From contig CM052816.1 in the NCBI GenBank assembly GCA_028534125.1, forward strand, positions 29,948,001 to 30,012,000: a DNA stretch of 64,000 nucleotides. Direction: 5' to 3'. This document shows, one piece after another, positions 13,360 through 25,315 of the stretch; within the stretch, counting starts at the first letter, position 1; each line of letters begins with the position of its first letter. The notes under the pieces are model-generated. The model was not told the origin of the DNA and did not search any database. It saw nothing but the letters and a program-made list of their open reading frames with translations. This stretch comes from Lama glama (lineage: Eukaryota). A program made the position numbers and the translations under genes.

Positions 13360-13818
13360 TTTTTTTTTTAGCAGGTGAACAAATGTACACTTTTATTCAT
13401 TTATTTTTCAGTAGGTTTAAATCTTTCGAGGGTACAGCATCGCTTGGATTCTGTGTCCAATGGCCTTAGAGGAAGGTTGCTTTGGAATCTGGCACAAAAC
13501 CACCACTGTTCCACCTGTGCGAGTTACATTTTCCCAGATTACTCGGCTTTTGTTTGGTTTTCCACCAGGAGTTACTGTGTCATCCTTTGCTTTGTACACA
13601 TACTCTTGCCTAGACAGAACTCAGTTTCATCTTGAGTGCAAACACCTTCAGCGTTAAGAAGAGCTGTGTGTTCCCTCTGGTTCCAGAGACCCTGCCTATA
13701 ACCACCAAAAATGTCCTTGGACCACAGCCTTCCAGACACATTTGTGGGTTTGAAAGTCCTGTCCCCATCAGGCCTCTGCAGGCTCCAGGATGGCTGAAAG
13801 AGCCATCCGGATGTGATC
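13360..13818 (-). pseudogene. RPL35A: Processed pseudogene of 60S ribosomal protein L35a (eL33)
   Basis: Intronless; two ORF-track frames give [35 protein letters not shown] and [34 protein letters not shown], matching RPL35A. CDS remnant 13739-13417 (323 nt vs 333 expected): start mutated to GTG, one 7-nt deletion and three 1-nt deletions. 5' TOP-like ctctttc at 13802, AATAAA at 13392-13397, poly(A) at 13360-13369, weak TSD core ttgag (13355-13359 / 13819-13823). Confidence 0.95.
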
Positions 13819-14129
13819 TTGAGGCTTTTTGACTTCTTAGGCTCTGAACCAGTAATATTTTTTTTCAAACAATAATATCCACTTAAAAAGTCAGATTTAG
13901 AAGAACAAGTCTTTAGGTACTTCTTTTCTAAAAAGTGAAACTCTACAAAATCTTAATCATATATACAGATAGGTAAACCCAGAAGGCCTGCATCCACAGC
14001 TTGAGTGGATATATTGTTATCTCTGCCTCTAGTAGGTGGGGCTGAACTATCTGGGACACGGGTCACCCAACCCATGATCACCTGGACTCCTCTGCCTCTT
14101 CAGACTGACTGGACAAGATGCTCCATCTT

Positions 14130-14815
14130 CTCGATCTTAGAAGATATGCTTCTAGCTTTTCACCATTGAGTATGGTGTTAGCTGTGGGTTTGTCATAAAT
14201 GGTCTTTATTATGTTGAGGTATGCCCTCTATGCCCAATTTCTGGAGAGTCTTTTTTTTTTTTTAACATAAGTGGATGTTGAACTTCATAAAAGCTTTCTC
14301 TGCATCTATTGAGATGATCATATGGTTTTCATTCTTCAATTTGTTAATGTGATGTATCACATTAATTGATTTGGGATATTGAAAGGATCCCTGTGTTCTG
14401 GGATAATCCCACTTGGTCATGGCGTATGATCCTTTTAATGTATTGTTGGAGTCGGCTTGTTAGTATTTTGTTGAGGAGCTTTGCATTTATGTTCATCAGT
14501 GATATTTGCCTGTAAATTTTTTTTTCTCTTTTTATGGTACCTTTGTCTAGTCTTAGTATCAGGGTGATGCCGGCCTCATAGAATCAATCAAGTGTTCCTT
14601 CCTCTGCAATAGTTTGAGAAGGATGGGTGTTACTTCTTCTCTAAGTGTTTGGTAGAATTCATCTGTGAAGGCATCTGATCCTGGACCTTTGTTGGTTGGA
14701 AGTTTTAAATGACAACTCAATTATTGGTAGTTGGTCTGTTTATATTTTCTGTTTCTTCCTGGTTCAGTCTTGGGAAATTGTACCTCTCTTAGAATTCATC
14801 CGTTTCTTCTAGGCT
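14130..14815 (-). mobile_element. L1 ORF2 (RT region) internal fragment, degraded
   Basis: ttcaccattgagtatg...gctgtgggtttgtcataaatgg...tctgcatctattgagatgatcatatggtttt...tagtattttgttgagga...ttggtagaattca: hallmark antisense L1 ORF2. Confidence 0.92.
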
Positions 14816-17309
14816 GTCTCCCACTGCTCCATATGCAATCTGCCTGTGCGAGTTTCCTATTGCCACCGTAACAGTCAAACATGAATTTACTGGGTTACAA
14901 CCAGTAAATTAGAAAATCTTTGTGGGTACAGCTGGTTCTCTGTGCAGGGTTTCACAAGGCCCAGTGAGTTCTCCTTGTGTCTATTTTAGAGCATAGTTTC
15001 TGAAAATGAGACATTCTATTTGATGAATAGCAAAAGAAACCAGGTGACCAACAATAAGAGGACCAAAAACTGGGTCGTGTTTCATGTGTATATAGTAACT
15101 TACCTGTGCATAGAAGGTATCAGTTCATCCTATGGTTGCTCAGTTACATTATGAGTATTGGTAGCATCGTATCTCATGTAAATATCTTTGAAAATGTCTT
15201 ATCACTGTGCAGCATTGAATGAGATCGTGAATGCTGATGATTGTCAAATCCTAGGTAGTATAATTACATAGTGGAAATTACCATTCCTTGGAATAAAGCT
15301 TCCTTTTTTACCCCCCAAGCTAGTAGGAATAATTCATGTCATGAAGGACTATCACTGAGTATATCCCCCTATCACCAGCTTCCAGGTGACGTGCCAGAGA
15401 AGCTATTTAACTCTTAGTCACTAATTCAATAAGGAATGTCAATAACCCAGCAAAGTTAATTAAATGGGAAGTGCAGATTAAACACTTGAATTTATACCGT
15501 CCATCTTAAAGTTGCTGCATAAGAAAATCAAACTGATTTTCATACTGAAGGGTAAAGGGGTTACTAAGTAGTATCTGGCCCCCTAAAAGTGTTAACATTA
15601 CAATCAATGGAAACTGATAATTGAAATAGAACACAGATCCATACATCAGAAGTGTCCTAAGACAGATACAGGTAGCAAGTACCTATTTACATATTTCATA
15701 CAAGGTTCCTATTTTATACATTTCCCCTCCTATAGTCTGTTTTTCAGGCTTGTTGGTTTATTTGTTTTTAGAGTATGTATTTTTATGGAAGAAAAACATG
15801 CAGTGATTTGGGATGGGTGAGGTATGTTCTCATAGTCAAGAAGGCATTAACTAGATTTATTAAAATTAAAAAATAAATGTGAGGAGGTATAATATGGATG
15901 ATTGAATACTGATCTGAGAAGTAGTTTCCATATATAAGTTTTGATGACATTGCGGGATATTATGACCATTGGTGAGATATCGTACTCTGCAAACATTTCT
16001 GGGTCTTTAACATGAGAATGACAGAATCTTCTCGAAGTTTCTTCCCATGAGACCACTTGTAAGAGCAAAGCTAGTTGGTGCTTATTTAATGCACTGAGGT
16101 CCTTTGTAGGGCACCTTTAAAGCACTCTTTTGATTTAATTCTGAATCGATTGTATTCCTGAGTTTGGAAAATCAAATTTTAACATGAATTTGCAAAGAGC
16201 CCCAGTGTTTTACCCCTAATTCATATTCCAGCAGCCTTCACTGAAGCAGGAAGCAGAGTCAAGCTGTTGCCGTGAAGATTGTTTCAAGGGCTCAGTAATC
16301 CTCCAGGGACCCCTGCATTACTGCTTTTCAAAGCAGCTCTTATTCCTGTCTCCTGTTTCTGCACAGGGAGTTGTGTCCCATACTTGAGGACATGGTGAGG
16401 CTAACAAGGACCTGAGGACTCCTCCAGGACGGTGATCCTCTGAATTATGCAATCTGCCATTCTGATCTCAGTCCTCCTTTCTCCCCATTCTACTACATTG
16501 TAACAAATACTGTTCTTTGGTGCACCTTTACGGAACCGTAAAACCTGCCTTTTCATTTTTAAAAGACTATGCTCCCAGGTTAATTGACATTGGTTTTGTT
16601 TTAAATCTTCTGTGTAAAGCCCATCAAACTCTCATGAAAATAACATTTTTGGACTATAGTATCTATTTGAAGATCTTAATTGACATAAAATTCTCTTAAT
16701 TAATGACACACAAAAGTGTCTTAATTTAGATCAATAAAGTTGACTTTTATTTCAAGTGTGTTATGCTTATAATTTTTCTTCCTCTGAAAGATGACGAAAT
16801 AGTAAAAAAACAAAAAAAAAGGATAAAAAAAAGCGTGTATGGATATTACTAATTCCAGATATGAACGTATAGGCAGAATTAGTACTTGGATTTAATGTAT
16901 TTTCAGTAGAGTTAGGAGTACAAATCATCTCATGTATTTCATCTTATCTGAGGCAGCTAGGAATTTTCTATTTTCCTTCTGAAAGGAAAAATAGCAGCTT
17001 TTTAACTTTACAACGTTCTTAGGGGAACAGCTGTCCTATTTCATAAGGGACACAGAGAAAGAGGAAAAAAGGTAGATTTTTAAGGAGGCTAAAGGAGGTA
17101 GACTTTTTCATTCATATTTATACTCAATCCAATAGATCATACCATTTTCTTCTGAAAAAAATATTAATCTTGGTCTGTATGCATTGTCAGACTAGGACCT
17201 GAGTCTGGGTACATGCTGGTGGAATGTGGATGTATATGAAAGTAGAGTATGAATATATGTGAACTATATAACATATGCAGTATATTATTTATATAATGAG
17301 ACAACCTAA

Positions 17310-17540
17310 ATTTTATTTATTTATTTATTCACTTATTTATTTTTAATTGAACTATAGTCAGTTACAATTTATCAGTTTCTGGTGTACAGCATAATGTCAT
17401 ACATATACATACATAAATTTGTTTTCATGTTCTTTTCCCTTAAGAGTTATTACAAGATATTGAATATAGTTCCCTGTGCTATACAGAATAAATTCATTTT
17501 TATCTATTTTTATATATAGTAGTTAATATTTGCAAATCAT
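17310..17540 (-). mobile_element. Short L1 3' end
   Basis: (TTTA)n tail then ttgaactatagtcagttacaa...ggtgtacagcata...tacaagatattgaatatagttccctgtgctatacag. Confidence 0.85.
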
Positions 17541-20049
17541 GTATTTATTTCTGAGCTAAAACATTAGAGGTCAAAGATATTACAACTTATAAGGGACCCA
17601 GTCATACCCATGAGGTATGAATTTATTCTCTGAAGTAAGAGCTTTTTCGGTGGCAAAGCTTGAGAATGCTGATCTTCATGATGGGGAAATTAGTGTTTGG
17701 GCAAGAAATAAATAAATATGTTCTTTTATGGTCTGGAAGGGACAATAATCCTAGCCTTCAGGTGTTTAGAAATACTGCACAGATCCAGGCCTACAGTAAC
17801 ATGACCATTTTCCCATTTTCAATTATTTGAGGATATAAACACAGAACGACTAAATACCACTACTGAGTACATGCTGTATACGAGACAGAACTGTACATAG
17901 TGAAGTGGTCAGGACAGGCAGCATTCTCGGCCATCGGGAAGGCCAGCCTTGGCCAAGCTTCAGAGGAGCAAGAAAGGTCTAGCCAGGTGGATGGAATATA
18001 ATGTTTCATAACATACTGAAACTGGTAAGTGGGAACAGGTGGTTTCTTAGCAAGTCACAGGCCTCGGGCTGGTCTAGAAGAGGTAAAAAGAATATATTGA
18101 TAGGCAGGTGGAAGAAAATAATGAAATGTCCAGAAGGAAGCATTTGGAAAGCATCAAGAATGTCTGGTTGCAGGTAGGAAAACCAAGTGGGAGCTACAGG
18201 AAGTGCCTGGCAAGACTTCTAGTTTAGAGGACTCGAGGCATAGAGCGTGTCACCAACCTGGGACTCAGGATGTAGGAACCCACCAGGGATCCAGGGTTTA
18301 GCCTGTTTATGGTTCTCAGAAGCGTGAATGGGGTTAGGGTGGAGCTAACAGCAAGCGTGATTTGATGCTGATCCCTCCGTACTGACCTGAGAGACTCAAC
18401 AATTACTTTGTCCAAGAAGGGGGCTGATTCCAGAGCTCAGAATCAAGAAGAAAATATAGACAGCGGTCATATAGCCTCAGGTAAGGAGCGAGGAAAGTTA
18501 GGCACCGCTCCAACTGTCACGCAGGTGTGAAAATTATTTAATTTTCTGTTTCTGTCTTGAATGATTATACCACCTATTTGGTGGCATAACACATACATAT
18601 ATTCAAATTAAATGTCAATACAAGCGTGAATGTTTTAATCAACATATGTACTAAATAATTTGAATTTGCAAAGGAATTTTGTTAACAGAATCCCAAGTCT
18701 AAGCTTGACAGGAAATTACTAGTCCTAGGAGTACTGGTTCATTCTACTACGGCGTATGTTCGAATTTAGAATAAGACTACTGTAGTTTTCCAACCAGTCT
18801 AGGGATATGAAACCAAATCTAGTTCGAATGAGAATATTAAATTGGAAATAAATTCTTCAGAATGAAACTCAGGCCTTCCACGTTGAACTGTGGGAGGATT
18901 GCTGTTCAGCATGACCCCTAGGAACGAGGACCTTCCTTGATGGAGGCAGAGTCGGGGACTCTGGTCCAGAAAGGGCAGAAGTGCAGTTAGGAAGAGCCCT
19001 GGAAAAAAAGACTCCCTGACAGTTCCCTGTAAAGCTGCACTGGTAGTCGGCACGTGCTTGCTGCCGCTACATGTGAGATTTGTGTGGGAATCAGGACCGG
19101 AACACAACACCCGCTCTCCCTGCCCATTCAGTCGCTGCTCTTGGGGGTTAGCATGCTGCCTGCTCACATGAGTCTCTGTTTTGTCCATGCCTGGCAAGAG
19201 CTGCTTGGAACCTCGCCTCTGGCAGCAGATGACTTCAAGTACCTAGACCTGTCGTGACACTCTCCAGGAGAGGCATCAGGCTGTCATCATCAATTAGGCA
19301 GCCCCCTGGCTGACACACAAGGCCTTTCACTGTGTGCCCTTCTCTCTCCAGCTTCTGAATTGCATCGTTTGATAGGAGTTGAGATAAGAAACAAGTTTGG
19401 TATCCAAATCAGGCCATTAACTTGCTCTCCTAGCCACTTGGCCTAATTTGTTTGGTCACTGTTTCGCAGTTTGGGCCAAGTTTGCATAGTTTTGACAATT
19501 TCAAGACCTTAGATGCAACCATTGATTTCTTCAGAAGGACTATTCCATGGGTCACGAAGGCTGGCCAGCTGGGCACTTTCTTCTCATACTCATCAGTGCC
19601 AAAGAGATGAAAAGACCACGGGTTTAAGTAAACTCGATGAAGCTAAGCTTTCTTACCCTGGACCCAGCTCAAGCCTGCTTCATTCTTCAGCAGAACAACA
19701 TCAGGCCCTGCCTCTGAGATGCATCTCTTGCCATAGATGGTGTGACATGACGATACCCTGACCAGGAACTAAGACAAATCTTGACCTTAGCATGTGAGAG
19801 TTCCAGACTTTTACCCATATTTCTTCTTGCTGTTACTCTGCCCTATTCTGATAACTAGGATTCAGATGTGTTAACAATTTTGATAAGATGATTTCTCTCC
19901 TGCTTTTCTTGGTGCCCCATCTTCATTTCCTGTCTATATATCTATATGTTATGTCTGTATGTCTATACATATCAATATGTCATTCTTCCAGAATCAGGGT
20001 CCAATATGCTTGTCTAGTGAGTGCGTATTTATGGCTATCCCTAATCCAT

Positions 20050-20530
20050 TATACCTTCTTTGGGAACCACATCCTAAAGTTCTTCAGGGGCCATGCTTTT
20101 CACAATTGCGGGGATAGAATACATGATCTAGTTTTAAGTTACTTGTGTTTCACTGGCCCTTGTCATGGGTTCAAGGCTGAGAGTGGGACTCAGGCAGGTT
20201 CTAGCAGAGTGAGAACGAGAGCTCTTTTGTAGACTCTATCAAGAAACACAGGCTTTCATTTTCATAAGCTAAAGTCTAAGAAACTGTATGGCATGGAGCT
20301 GCAGCAACCATTTATGGGCCGTCGAGGGTGACTGTGTTAAAGCATGAAGCTAGTGTGCAGACGAGAGCAGAGCCAGGTAGAGGTGACAGACGTAGACCTT
20401 TCTTGTGACATCATTTGAATCCTTCTAAGAATTTATGTTTTAACCCATTTCTGAGTCACTTTATTCTCTACTTTGCTTTAACAAGTTTGTGTTGGATTTT
20501 CTGTAGCTTGAATGGAAAAAAAAATAACTG
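20050..20530 (+). mobile_element. Old MaLR LTR (MLT1K/L-like)
   Basis: ggagctgcagcaaccatt...tgacatcatttgaatcc...ttgctttaacaagtttgtgttggattttctgtagcttg 3'-end motif. Confidence 0.5.
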
Positions 20531-21879
20531 AGGTTTTCAATCTAATGCTTGGACTTGATTACTTGCTGACAGCCTTCTTGGTATCTCCCAGGCCCTGGGT
20601 CTTTGATTGTCTTCACCCACCTTCATACTGTCTGTGCTGGATTTACGCCCTGTTGGGACATCCTGATATATCATGTTCAGTCCCAATGCTCCTTTATAGT
20701 CTGGATGAAATTCTGAGACATAACAACTGTGTTTTCCCTCTTGAATATTTTAGGAAAGCTTAATGACTCAACAAATAAATGATCTCTTCAATAGCTCAAA
20801 GTGGGGAGGCTTCAAGGAATTTCACATAACTGACCCCTGGGTATACAAACATATTAATGTCAGTGGCTCATTAGGTTTTCTTTTTCTATCGTGGATATTG
20901 TTATATCGTTTTACTCTCTCTCAGAGTGACCTTTGTGACATTCTCCTTGGCTGGCAGGTAACAAGATAACTTCTCATAAAGGGAAGAGATGATGAAAGAG
21001 ATTTCTGTAATAGATTTTACTATAATGGGATCAGAATGGCAGGGAAAGCAAAGGAGTAGTTAGAGACAGAGCAGCCTTATGGTTCTCACTACTGTGCATC
21101 TTGTGGTTTTTCTGCGAAATTAAAGATGACCTGAGAAGAGGGGTTAAAACAATGGATTTTGAGATAGTAAACTCTTAAAACTTCAGTTATACAATGAAAA
21201 GGCAGGCCTAGGGATCTTCTGCTATGGACCATGGACTGTGTGAGAATGGAGGTTGGTTCGGGGTGTTGTGTTGAAGCCCAACCTGTGTTTCAGACTCAGG
21301 GCCAAACTTAAGCCTCTTAGCAAACCTGAAAGCGCCCTGTGGGGATGTTCTCATTCTACTCTTTGTGGTACTCAGTACCTCTTTTAACCTAGTTATTCAC
21401 TTTTTATTGGAACTTTCCTCAAACTGTTCTCTTTTTTATGGCTCATTTGGTGCTGAGGGGGTACAGGTGCCTCATGGGTCAAAAACAAACCAAACCAAAC
21501 ATGACTGCTCCTTGGCAAATTGAGAAACAACCGAAAATTTCTCCCTTCTTGGCACTCTCTTTCCTTGATTGCTTCCACCTCTCCTTCTCTTCCCTTCTAC
21601 AGAGGTTCTCCCCCTGTTTTTTGATTCTGATCCATTCTGTAATACATTTCAGCTTTAGTGCTAAGAAGGTAGCTAGGAAAGAAGCTTGCAATGTTGGGGG
21701 CAGGGAGGTTCCTGGGTTAAGAGGAGTGACAAGGGCTCTGATGCTCTTAATTTGGAAAGTCTTCATAGATGAGCTCAAATTTGAACAGTTCTGAAAAAAG
21801 AACTGCCATCATGATTTAAGTAGAGAAAATGTAAGGGATTACTAGGAGAGTGGGCCAGCTAGAGAAGATAGTCCACCTT

Positions 21880-22395
21880 TGTTAGTTAGAATTAGATTCA
21901 GTTGCTAATAAGAAAGACTAGACTTAAAAATATTTTTAAGAAAAGTTTATGAAACACTAGTATGTTAGCCTGATAATGTAACATATCAAACGCTAGCATG
22001 GTGCTTGTGGTCATCAGGCACCCAGGCTCCTATCATTCTTGTCTTGTCTTCTGAGGTCATGGCTTTTGTTTTCAAAAGTATTACCCATTGGTCCAAAATG
22101 GCTTCTGAAGCTCTAGTCATCAAATCTGTTTTATAATCAGGATGAAGGAAAAGAGCCAAAAGGGGAAAAGAGGCTTTCTTCCAGTCAACTTGGTTTCTTT
22201 GAAGCAGTTTTCCCAGAATTTCCATGCAAGACTTCTGCTTATCTCATTGGCCAGAGCTTAGTCACATGGCCACACCCAGCTGCAAGAGTGTCTGGGAAAT
22301 GTAATATTTTAACTGGTTGACTTGCTACCCGGCGTAAAATCTGATTTTGTAACCAAGAAGGAATGAAGTGCTCTTAGAGAGCAACTTGTACACTG
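21880..22395 (-). mobile_element. MaLR LTR (MLT1J/K-like)
   Basis: tgttagttagaattagattcagttgc...acccaggctcc...ccaaaatggct...cttctgcttatctcattggccagagcttagtcacatggccacacccagctgcaag. Confidence 0.75.
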
Positions 22396-22889
22396 ATACA
22401 AAAGTCCTTGAAACCTAAGGCTGCTTTTTAGAAGATATACTAAGTTATTAGAAGCTTTATAGATTTATATGGAATATGGTTGTTCTTATTTTCAATGTAT
22501 GAGTTGGCAAGGGAGATTCTTACTGAGAATATTGGCATTGAGTATAATGATCTGAGTATAAGAGGATGGAAATTGTAATTTTTGAGAATTTAGGAAAGAA
22601 TTGTAAATTCTGAGAATTTAGGAATTCTGAGAAGGGGTTTATAGCACTGGATTATGAGTGAAGTATGGAAAGAGATAAAAATAATATTTTAAAGTCTTGG
22701 GGGTTTAGATATGACAAAAATGGTCAAACAGAAGTTAGAAAGGGGTGAGTAGCCCACAATAAAAGATATGAATTTAACACAGAAAAATTTGAAGTACATT
22801 TCAAATATATGCTTGTGGTACAAGCCTAGGGTCGGGAGAAAACCTGAACTAAACAATGAGTTGTACTTAGAAGTAAAACCATTGCATCT

Positions 22890-23198
22890 TAGTGTAGAGG
22901 TTGGCCATCTGGTTGAGAGCCAAGTCATATAAAATGAATGAGTGAAGGGCAACACTTGTAACACAATAGGGAGTGTTAGGAATTGTAGGGAATAGTCAAA
23001 AGGGGCAGCTTCTGCTTGGCTGCAGCCAATTATTGCCATCAAAGAAATCAGGCTTAGATCTTCTGTTTTTCTAGAGAAGATGGAAATACAGACTTTTATA
23101 TAACCATCCAGATTTAAAAATAATTGGACAGACCAAGCAAATAGGTCTGAAGGCTGGGTTTGCCCAATGGAGTACCAGTTGTACAACTTTTGATCTAG
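22890..23198. mobile_element. hAT-Charlie-type non-autonomous DNA transposon, degraded
   Basis: Ends tagaggttggcca... / ...ccagttgtacaacttttgatcta resemble imperfect hAT TIRs. Confidence 0.5.
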
Positions 23199-25121
23199 TT
23201 TGCCATCTTTGCTGAGACTCGGGGAGATTTAATGACTTGCTCAGGGACATGTATCATCAATGATAGGTCCCTGCCCCTTGACTCCCATTTGTCTTCCTAC
23301 TGATGGAGCTAAGAAGGTCACATGGAACTGTTTGGTGGAAAGGAGTAATCAGAGGAATTAGGCATTTCACATAGGTTTGCAGTGAACTCTCAAAGTGCCT
23401 AGTGCAGGGCTTAACATTCAGGGGCATCAATCAGTGTCAACTCAATCTCTATGTGAATTCTTCAAATCATGTAAGTTAAATAAAATAGATGAAAAAGAAA
23501 AGAAACAGAAGAATCATTATCAAACCTTGGGGAGCCCTCAAAATTAACAATGAAAACAAGATAATGGATTGGCAAAGATGGCATCCAAGGAGCAGTCAGA
23601 AGCAGCCAAGATCTCTTTGTGAATCTCTTGCCTTTACCTTTGCCCTAATTACAGCTTTGGGCTGTAAATGTTTTAATTTGAGGATAATTTCCAGCCCTTT
23701 AATAAATTTCTTTCCAATTATCCTGCCACCTTAAACTTATAGCCTTGAAAGAAAGTGTGGTCTTAAGAGAATATTTCTCCTTCCCTTAGTTGAAATTAGA
23801 TAGATTGATTAATTTTGGCTTAAATTTCTAAAAATGTGCAGTTGTATCTTGAGATTATTCCATCATTAGTGGTTAAGTGTCTTTGGAATAAGTAATTACT
23901 GTCACTAAAAAACAAATTTATTGGAAGAATCGTCCTTTGAAAATCCCCCTTTTGGTATAAATATGTCCTTGTGTGTCACCAAAATTACACCAGCACCATT
24001 GATCACAGGGTAGTAATTTTTGAAGTGACCAGTTCTATTTTAGGTTTTAATGTTCATAGTGAAATGCATTTTTTTGTGTGTGTGAATGCATTTTTAAGAC
24101 ACTGTTTAAAGTTCTTAGGCAAGAAGTCCCTGGAAACTAGAATTTTTGATTTAGTGCTCATGTTAGAATCCTGACTGGAGAACACAATGGAATGACCTTG
24201 GGGATCTGGTGGATTCCATAGGCAATTTATCTCAGAACCAACTGCTTTTGCAGTGGATTTTGCTTACAGTGGTAACAGCCTATATTTATAATTTGTTCTC
24301 CTGGCAATTATCTCAGTGGAACTGAAAATCTACAAGGTCGATGGTGCTGGACTAAGGTTACATACGGGTTACTCTTGCGTATTTGATTGGCTTTATCATT
24401 AAAACACCCCAGCTTAGCAGTGCTGAAAAGAGCTGGAATGCAGTCACTAAAAAGAGAGAGAGAGAAAAAGTCTGTTAATCATCTGATGTTTAACCATGCT
24501 CTTTTGCCTTTTTCCTTTTGTTTTTAGTTCCAAGACATTTATAAAATGCCTGCAGATCTCAACAAGGAAATAGGATTCTTCTCTGCTATCAGTTGAAGTT
24601 GCTGTGACCATAAAACTAAAAAATTACATTTTGTCTCCCTGCCCATAAAGAATGCCCAGCTGAGCAGGTCCAGTATCTTATCGCTCCATCCAGACAGTGC
24701 TTGTTGCTAAATACACAGAGCCCAATTTTACAGTCTTCTCTGTTTACAGCCAACTCTGGTTTGCACCATTTTCAGTAGGGGAAAAATTCTTATGAAAAGT
24801 TTATAAATGATGTGCAAATGTGCTATATTTTTGCAACTTGCATTCATTGTCATCTGGGATCGGTTGAGATTTTTTTTGAGTAAACACAGTTCAGAGTTGT
24901 ATGCTACAAGTCTGCAGGATGGAGGAGAGAAAACATGACCCCATCACTTGGATGGGAGTTAATGACATTGCAGGGGCAAAGATTCTGAAGATCAAAGATA
25001 TTCTTGACTGTAGAGCTTTGAAAGCAACTGCAAAGTTCTCAAAGTGGGTAGAAAAGAGACCTTTCCCATCTTTACTGGGTCCTGAGAAATGAGGTGTATT
25101 TGAGATGCAGCAAGAAAGATT

Positions 25122-25315
25122 TTAGGTTCTTAAATTTAGGGGAGTCACATAGCCCTTTGAGAATCAGATAAAAATTTTCCCCAGAAAAAAAAATCCATAA
25201 AGGTATATACATAGAATTTTGCAAACTTGTTAATTTATTTATAAGAATGTGAAAGTATTTCCTAATTATTTCTCTGGATTGCTTTGGGGTCCTGACCCCA
25301 GTTTATGAATTCCCA
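25122..25315. mobile_element. hAT-Charlie MITE-like remnant
   Basis: aggttcttaaattt.gggagtcacatagccctttgagaatc ... gaccccagtttatgaattcc imperfect terminal inverted repeats. Confidence 0.45.

Noticed and set aside
15104..15250. Minus-strand exon-like 147 nt (cctag|G...CAG|gtaagt)
   Set aside because: Stops in all three frames and a weak pyrimidine tract; cannot be supported without RNA data
15380..15850. Plus-strand peptide scraps resembling retroviral connection/RNase H motifs (NPAKLIKWEVQI, FHTEG*RGY*VV, RVCIFMEEKHAVIW)
   Set aside because: The three scraps are in three different frames, full of stops and lack the catalytic Asp residues; similarity is at chance level. A translated HMM search against RT/RNase H would settle it.
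22689..23186. 165-aa minus-strand ORF
   Set aside because: Non-ATG start, overlaps a degraded DNA transposon, no recognisable domain
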